The notes beneath the pieces are model-generated. The model was given only the letters and a program-made list of their open reading frames with translations, did not search any database and had not been told where the DNA came from. A program made the position numbers and the translations under genes. A stretch of DNA of 64,000 nucleotides from an uncultured delta proteobacterium (GTDB lineage Bacteria; Myxococcota; Myxococcia; Myxococcales; Myxococcaceae), in assembly GCA_963713045.1 (NCBI GenBank), contig CAVQKE010000004.1, forward strand, positions 736,001 to 800,000, given 5' to 3'. This document shows positions 60,029 to 64,000 of the stretch, in pieces (positions within the stretch are counted from its first letter, which is position 1; the number at the start of each line of letters is the position of its first letter).

Positions 60029-62098
60029 GTGAAGCCTGAACCCGCACCGTGCTGTTCCGACCTCGCGCAGGCGTGCGTCATCATCCCCGTCTTCAACAAT
60101 GCTCGCACAGTCGGCGACGTCGTCCGCGGAGCGGTTAAACATGTCACGACGGTCATCGTCTTCGACGACGGCTCGACAGACGGTTCCGCCGAGAGCGCGC
60201 AGGCAGCAGGCGCGACGGTTCTCCGCCGCAACGCCAACACGGGCAAGGGAACCGCTCTCCGTCGGCTGCTCGAAGCCGCCCATGAGCGGGGTTTTGCCTA
60301 TGCCATCTCGCTGGACGCGGACGGACAACACCTTCCGGAGGACCTGCCTCAGTTCCTGGAAGCCGCGCTGAAGAACCCCGGCGCGCTCATTCTCGGCGTC
60401 CGAGACCTGGTCGCTGCCGGTGCTCCAGCCTCGAGCGAGTTTGGTCGCAAGACGTCCAATTTTTGGATCTGGTTCGAAACTGGCATCCGGGTGCCCGACA
60501 GCCAGTCTGGTTTCCGGGGCTACCCGCTTCCTGAGTCCGTACAGCTGAAGCCGTGGGGCCGACGCTACGAATTCGAGGCCGATGTCCTGCTCCGTGCAGC
60601 CTGGGCTGGAATCCCAATTCGCACGGTTCCCATCCACGTCGTCTATCCTGCCGACCGCGTCACGCATTTTCGTTTGGTTGTGGACAACATCCGCATTGTG
60701 GCGCTCAACACGGCCGCCTGCCTGCGGATGCCTTTGCCACTCCCGCTAGGCCCACGGTTGAAACGGCTCCCCCGTCGCCCGGGATTGTCCCTCTTCGCGC
60801 TGCGCAGCTGGGCCTGGCTCGGCGGACAGGGACCCGGCTGGCGGGCTGCGGCTGCGGCGGCTGGCATTGTGTGTAGCCTTGACACGGTCGAGCCGTGGCT
60901 CCGGCTAGTCGCTGGACTGGCCTGCGTGCTCGCTGGGCTCGGTGCACTCCCCGCACTGATCGCTGCAACCGGATGGGCGGCCCTCGTGCACCAGGGGCTT
61001 CGCCCGGCCATCGCGGCGGCGGTGGTGATGGCAGCCTTCGCGTTGTTTGGCGGCCTGGAGGCGATGCGCTCGCCGCCACGGCCCGAGGCAACTCAGTGGA
61101 CAGGCCAAAGCCGAGGCGGCGTGTTTGGCCACTGGTTCTTCTTTCAGGTAACGCGGCGCTTCGGTCTCTCCCTCGCCTATTGGGTTCTGTACCCAGTGAC
61201 ATTCTATTTTCTTTGCACGTGGCGCTCAGCGCGCAACGCTTCGCTGCAGTTCCTTGAACGGACACTGGGGCCAGCACCATTGCCGGTGCGCCTCGGCCGC
61301 ACCTATCGCCACTTCCTCGCTTTCGCGCGCACCATGGTGGACCGCGCGCTTTTCGCCACCCGGGGCAAAGGGGTGTTCCGGTACGAGGAGAATGGCATCG
61401 ACCACATCCGGTCGGCTGCCGCGAACGGTCGCGGAGCCATCCTCCTCACCGCCCATTTGGGGAACTGGGAGGTCGCGGCTGAGTTGCTGGGAGAGGCGGG
61501 AGAGAAGCTGGCAGTCGTCGCATACCGCGGGGACCATGAGAAGTTGACGCGATACATGGACCGGGCGCAGGGTCCGCGGCCGCGGATCATCGAGGTGGGC
61601 TCGGACCTGTTCTCGTCGTTGGAAATGCTCCGGTCGCTCCGCGAGGGTACGGTCCTTGCCGTGCAGGGAGACCGCCCCATCGACCGTCATGTGGTCCGCG
61701 TCCCCTTCCTAGGCCACGAGGCCCCCTTCCCGGTCGGTCCGTTCCTGCTTGCCGCCTTGAGCGGCGCACCGCTGATCGCAACGTTCTCGGTGCAGGTGGC
61801 ACCGGCAACCTACCGCTTTTTTGCGGAACCGCCGGCGCAACTGAGCTTCCGGAGCGACCAAAGCCGCGACGCTCAACTCCGGACGTGGGTCCAGCAGTAC
61901 GTTTTTCAGCTCGAAGCGCTCGTCCGCCGGTACCCGTACCAGTGGTTTAACTTCTACGAGTTTTGGGATGCCGCGCCGCCGACTCCCGTCAAGAAACGTC
62001 CGGCGCTCCGCGCTGCCGCGCGTGAAGCTCATGGACCAGACGCCGGACGTCTGCCCCCAACGGCCGATCCGGGTCAACCGGTAGCACCCATGCAGTGA
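60029..62098 (+). CDS. GT2 glycosyltransferase fused to an LpxL-like acyltransferase
   Basis: IIPVFNN, DDGSTD, LDADGQH, DSQSGFR at the N-terminus; TAHLGNWE, GDR, QWFNFY at the C-terminus. Confidence 0.92.
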   Translation: MKPEPAPCCSDLAQACVIIPVFNNARTVGDVVRGAVKHVTTVIVFDDGSTDGSAESAQAAGATVLRRNANTGKGTALRRLLEAAHERGFAYAISLDADGQHLPEDLPQFLEAALKNPGALILGVRDLVAAGAPASSEFGRKTSNFWIWFETGIRVPDSQSGFRGYPLPESVQLKPWGRRYEFEADVLLRAAWAGIPIRTVPIHVVYPADRVTHFRLVVDNIRIVALNTAACLRMPLPLPLGPRLKRLPRRPGLSLFALRSWAWLGGQGPGWRAAAAAAGIVCSLDTVEPWLRLVAGLACVLAGLGALPALIAATGWAALVHQGLRPAIAAAVVMAAFALFGGLEAMRSPPRPEATQWTGQSRGGVFGHWFFFQVTRRFGLSLAYWVLYPVTFYFLCTWRSARNASLQFLERTLGPAPLPVRLGRTYRHFLAFARTMVDRALFATRGKGVFRYEENGIDHIRSAAANGRGAILLTAHLGNWEVAAELLGEAGEKLAVVAYRGDHEKLTRYMDRAQGPRPRIIEVGSDLFSSLEMLRSLREGTVLAVQGDRPIDRHVVRVPFLGHEAPFPVGPFLLAALSGAPLIATFSVQVAPATYRFFAEPPAQLSFRSDQSRDAQLRTWVQQYVFQLEALVRRYPYQWFNFYEFWDAAPPTPVKKRPALRAAAREAHGPDAGRLPPTADPGQPVAPMQ

Positions 62099-63500
62099 GC
62101 TGTTCCAGAAGCCCGCTGCCAGCCGCGGAGGTTGGAAGCGGCCCACCCAGATACGCCGCCTGTCGAAGGCCAAGCGCAAGTGAGGCCTGAACCAGAGCAA
62201 GCCTCTCGGCTTGTCGGAGGGCTTCGAGCGCTGCCTGCGTTCCGAACGGCACCACATCCTGGTTCTGGCCATTGGTGGGAAGACTTTGGATGCTGGCGGG
62301 AGTGGCGTAACGGCGCATCGCGCCGACGATCGCCGTGGCCGACAGGTTCACCCCAGCGAGTCCCGATTGCGCTCCGGGCTTGGCAGAGAGAAGGAGTGGG
62401 AGGCCTCCGTTGCGCGCCGGATCAAGGAGCAGATCGAGCTGCCGCTCTGCAAGGTTAGCGAGCTGGGTGAGCGCCAAGTTGAGCGCGTCGGAAACGAATG
62501 CGACCTGCTGGCCAAAGAAGTTTCCCCCGTGAATCACGCTCTTTTCATCTGGAAAAAACACCGGATTGTCGCTGACGCCGTTGAGGTCGTTGGTAATCAC
62601 CTGCTGCGCGTGGTTAACGGTCTCCTCGACCGCGCCAACCAGCTGCGGCACGCACCGCAGACTATAAGCTTCCTGTAGCGGCCGGTCCCGCTTCGCTGTC
62701 GAGCCTCGCAATAGTGCTTCCAGTTGCTGCGCCACCCTCTGCCCCGCAGGATGGCCTGCTAGTGCAAGCAGCTCGGGCGTGGTGAAACTTCCGGCCGCGC
62801 CGATTGTTTCCACCAGCAACGCTGAGAGTTCGAGAGTCACTGAGACGGCTCGGCGCGCGGAGGCGACTGCGAGTGAGGCTGCCGCAGCGGTCAACGAAGT
62901 GCCGTTGACCAGGGCCAGTGCGTCTCGCCCTTGGAGGACCAAAGGGCGCAGCCCGGCGCGCTCCAACGCCGCAGCGGCCGGAAGGCGTTCCTCGCCCAGG
63001 AATGCCTCGCCCTCACCGCAGAGCGCCGCTGCAGCATGTGCCAGAGGAGCGAGGTCTCCGCTGGCTCCAACGGACCCCCACTCAGGAACCGCCGGCGCCC
63101 AGGCGGTGGCGAGGGCGGCGCTCAGCGCGTCGAGGACCTCCACGCTGACCCCGGAGTGCCCCTGCCCCATTGACCAGGCTCGCGCTAGCAACATCGCCCG
63201 CGCGACGGCCGGCGAGAGCATGTCCCCCTGGCCGGTACGAAGGTGGTTGAGAAGCCCGCTCCCTTGAGCCAACGCATCGGCGGACGCACTGAACGACACC
63301 AGCGGGCCGAACCCGGTGGACAGTCCGTAGATTGCGTGGCCCGCCTCCGCATGCTCCTTCACGAAACGGGCGCAGCGTGCCACTCGATCACGGGCGAAAG
63401 TGGAAAAGGAAAGCATCATGGGATGCGCCGCGCCCTCAAGGTCCGAGGGCTTCAGCTGCCGCCGACCGTCGAAGTTCAGGCTGAGAGACGGAGGGCTCAT
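61989..63500 (-). CDS. Aromatic amino-acid ammonia-lyase, probably tyrosine ammonia-lyase
   Basis: YGLSTGFG, MIO motif GSVGASGDL, selectivity region LLNHL. Confidence 0.9.
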   Translation of the reverse strand: MSPPSLSLNFDGRRQLKPSDLEGAAHPMMLSFSTFARDRVARCARFVKEHAEAGHAIYGLSTGFGPLVSFSASADALAQGSGLLNHLRTGQGDMLSPAVARAMLLARAWSMGQGHSGVSVEVLDALSAALATAWAPAVPEWGSVGASGDLAPLAHAAAALCGEGEAFLGEERLPAAAALERAGLRPLVLQGRDALALVNGTSLTAAAASLAVASARRAVSVTLELSALLVETIGAAGSFTTPELLALAGHPAGQRVAQQLEALLRGSTAKRDRPLQEAYSLRCVPQLVGAVEETVNHAQQVITNDLNGVSDNPVFFPDEKSVIHGGNFFGQQVAFVSDALNLALTQLANLAERQLDLLLDPARNGGLPLLLSAKPGAQSGLAGVNLSATAIVGAMRRYATPASIQSLPTNGQNQDVVPFGTQAALEALRQAERLALVQASLALGLRQAAYLGGPLPTSAAGSGLLEQLTAWVLPVDPDRPLGADVRRLVHELHARQRGAPDVS

Positions 63501-64000
63501 ACTTGATAAAAGAGAAGCTGGGCACGCTGCCTGGACACCTTTCCGGTCGGCGTCGTACACGCGCTCCAGAAGGCTTCCGGCATCAGGATGGGTTCTCGAT
63601 AGGGCACAGGGAGCGCAAAGGCCGGCGGCACCTCGCCTCTTAGCAGCAGCGGCTGGACAGCTTCGCGGCCCTGACCAATCAAGAGAACACGCCCGTCGTA
63701 CGGCCGCTCGAGTGGAACCGGGTTAACCATCCGCCCATTGTTGAGCTTGAAGAGCTCGTCTTTCCTTCCTTGAAAGACGAAGCCGTCACCAGAGCGCGTC
63801 GCGAGGTCGCCAGTTGCGCGCCAACCATCCGCCGACACAACGGGAATGAGCTCGTCGCCTTGCACATACCCCATGGCTAGATTGCGACCTCGCAGCGCAA
63901 GTTCGCCGACGGGTTCGCCTGAACTGAAGCGGAGAACCACCTCGCACCCGAGCGGACGTCCGAGGAAGTCATCGTGCTCCCACTCCCCGGCATTGCCGAG
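63497..64000 (-). CDS. AMP-dependent acyl-CoA/ACP ligase, C-terminal part
   Basis: GELALRG, GWRATGDL, GRKDELFKL; 5' end lies beyond the window. Confidence 0.85.
   Translation of the reverse strand, partial: LGNAGEWEHDDFLGRPLGCEVVLRFSSGEPVGELALRGRNLAMGYVQGDELIPVVSADGWRATGDLATRSGDGFVFQGRKDELFKLNNGRMVNPVPLERPYDGRVLLIGQGREAVQPLLLRGEVPPAFALPVPYREPILMPEAFWSACTTPTGKVSRQRAQLLFYQV

Overview
GC-rich bacterial DNA, most likely Myxococcota (inferred from gene families and integrase type). It has four blocks. (1) 0.25-14.4 kb: a lipid/envelope locus with MlaC-like protein, PI-phosphate-synthase-like CDP-alcohol phosphatidyltransferase, GtrA, class-III aminotransferase, Gfo/Idh/MocA dehydrogenase, two paralogous MMPL transporters and a GT-C/GT39 glycosyltransferase. 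(2) 15-24.7 kb: an Ig-repeat lipoprotein, an RND efflux triplet and a putative Zn-phospholipase-C-like outer-membrane protein. (3) 24.8-47.9 kb: an integration hotspot at tRNA-Arg(CCT), with one displaced 5' half and two displaced 3' halves. The ~9.8 kb island encodes a tyrosine integrase split by its own att site; rebuilding attP by hand fuses it in frame to a 112-aa HTH-containing tail at the far end. Its cargo is a duplicated module of a secreted glutamic-peptidase-like gene (both copies broken) and 8-Cys lipoproteins (three copies, all intact), plus a long hairpin and nested IS3 elements. Beyond the island lie an IS66 with an 11-bp target duplication and stress-type accessory genes. (4) 47.9-64 kb: an aryl-polyene/flexirubin-like type II PKS cluster with a probable tyrosine ammonia-lyase starter, which runs off the window. 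Its three frameshifts all sit at AGAATC and are probably sequencing errors. All family calls come from motif recognition by eye; no database searches were run.
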